Below, piece after piece: positions 62,701 to 64,000 of a DNA stretch of 64,000 nucleotides. Position numbers and translations under genes: made by a program. Origin of the DNA: Octopus sinensis (lineage: Eukaryota); NCBI RefSeq assembly GCF_006345805.1, contig NC_043007.1:4836001-4900000 (forward strand), read 5' to 3'. Every line of letters begins with the position of its first letter. Position 1 is the stretch's first letter. Under the pieces are notes generated by a model. That model was not told where the DNA came from and did no database searches. It saw only the letters and a program-made list of their open reading frames with translations.

Positions 62701-62864
62701 ATTCACAAACTGCCTTTTAGAACACCACATGTTACACATTCACAAACTGCCTTTTAGAACACCACATGTTACACATTCACAAACTGTCTTTTAGATCACC
62801 ACATGTTACACATTCACAAACTGCCTTTTAGATCACCACATGTTGCACATTCACAAACTGCTTT
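59721..62864. repeat. 37-bp satellite array, about 85 units
   Basis: Unit caccacatgttacacattcacaaactgccttttagaa with variants agatc, ctgtc and aaccgcc; no spacers. Confidence 0.97.
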
Positions 62865-64000
62865 ACACAATGAACCGCCACATGAGAGTCAATATTGTTG
62901 CTTGACTGATGAGAATTGAAATCACACCCCATCTTCACAAAAAAAAGACATCCATTATTTAATACTAAATCATGAATCCCTGTAATAGTTTTGTAAAGTT
63001 TCCATCTTTATTGCACCTTGTTGTTCAACCTAATTACCTGTATTTTATTGATCTGATCAATCAAATACATTTGCAAACCAAAGCAACATATCAACATCAT
63101 CATCATCATCATCATCCTCAACAACAACAGCAATACAAAGAAACTTCTATGAGCGTCATGGGCAAAGAGCAGCCCATGGCCTTTTCTGAATGGCATGCTT
63201 ACCCCCAAAATGTTACCTTGAGTTGTTTAGATGCACAGCCTGTCCAGAGATGAGCCTTGGCTCCTGCATTCTAATTCTTATAAAGGTTTGCTCGTGCCTG
63301 TTCAATGCAGTTGTTTGACCTGTCAGAAATAGAAGCCAAATCTCCTTCAGATCACATACACACCCTCTGACCATCTTAAACAAGCAAAAATCTCAGACAA
63401 TGTAGATCTTAAATATATAAAATGATGGGATTGCTGAGGCTGGAAAGGTTTCTATCATAGGTCTGCTTGATGGTAGCTGACCCAGGGTTAAACAACAACG
63501 GCAACAATATCAAGGCGAAAGAAAAGCACAAACCATTTTCATGGAAAAGAAAAAAAAAATGGCAACGGTCAAAAGAGCCAAACATAGAGAAGAAGAGCAA
63601 AAGCCAGGGATGTAACCAGTCAAAGATACTTTGGTAGCAAAATTCTTCAGAACTAACAGAATCACTGCATGAATTATTATGTGAAGATTGATAACAGAAC
63701 CAGAACTGTTGAGTCAAAGCAGATTCCTATCTTTACCAATCTCAGCAATGTTATTCTTCGTGTAATTACTCTCAGATTTTATCTTTTTTATCTCGGATAA
63801 AAAAAAAATAAGCAATTAAAATTATTGATTAGTGCTTTGGGTTCATTAAAAACAGGATAAATATGCTGATTGCTATTACTGCAAACAATGGTCTGAACTT
63901 TGTGCAATTAGCACTGTGGCGTCATCAAAGTCTGAGTCTTTGGAATCACTGTACAACATTCCTTACAATGTTGTCTGCTAATTCCTTGTTCTTGTCATTT

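Noticed and set aside
59721-62864. CRISPR array (37-bp repeats)
   Set aside because: Units are head-to-tail with no unique spacers, there are no cas genes, and the context is eukaryotic.

Overview
AT-rich, extremely microsatellite-dense animal DNA. The SINE/LINE repertoire matches what I recall of Octopus, so the species assignment is an inference. The window is almost entirely intronic or intergenic and has a 100-N scaffold gap at 49359-49458. It contains three recurrent short interspersed families (two tRNA-headed SINEs and RTE-LINE 3' ends with (GAT)n tails), four mariner remnants, CR1/RTE LINE fragments, several decayed Penelope-like element (PLE) ORF pieces and a 3.1-kb 37-bp satellite. 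There is only one plausible host exon (55207-55510). Nearly all ORFs in the supplied track are translated microsatellites. The main hidden signal is a set of unrelated 200-500 bp fold-back (inverted-repeat) mini-elements and (TA)n-anchored fragments that carry minimal type I hammerhead ribozyme (HHR) folds. Each family has its own palindromic stem III (ACGU, ACAUAUGU, AUCGCGAU, ACCGGU, AAAUAUUU), and some have non-canonical cores. HHRs in PLE pseudo-LTRs are an established class; these families, their core variants and their fold-back architecture may be uncatalogued.
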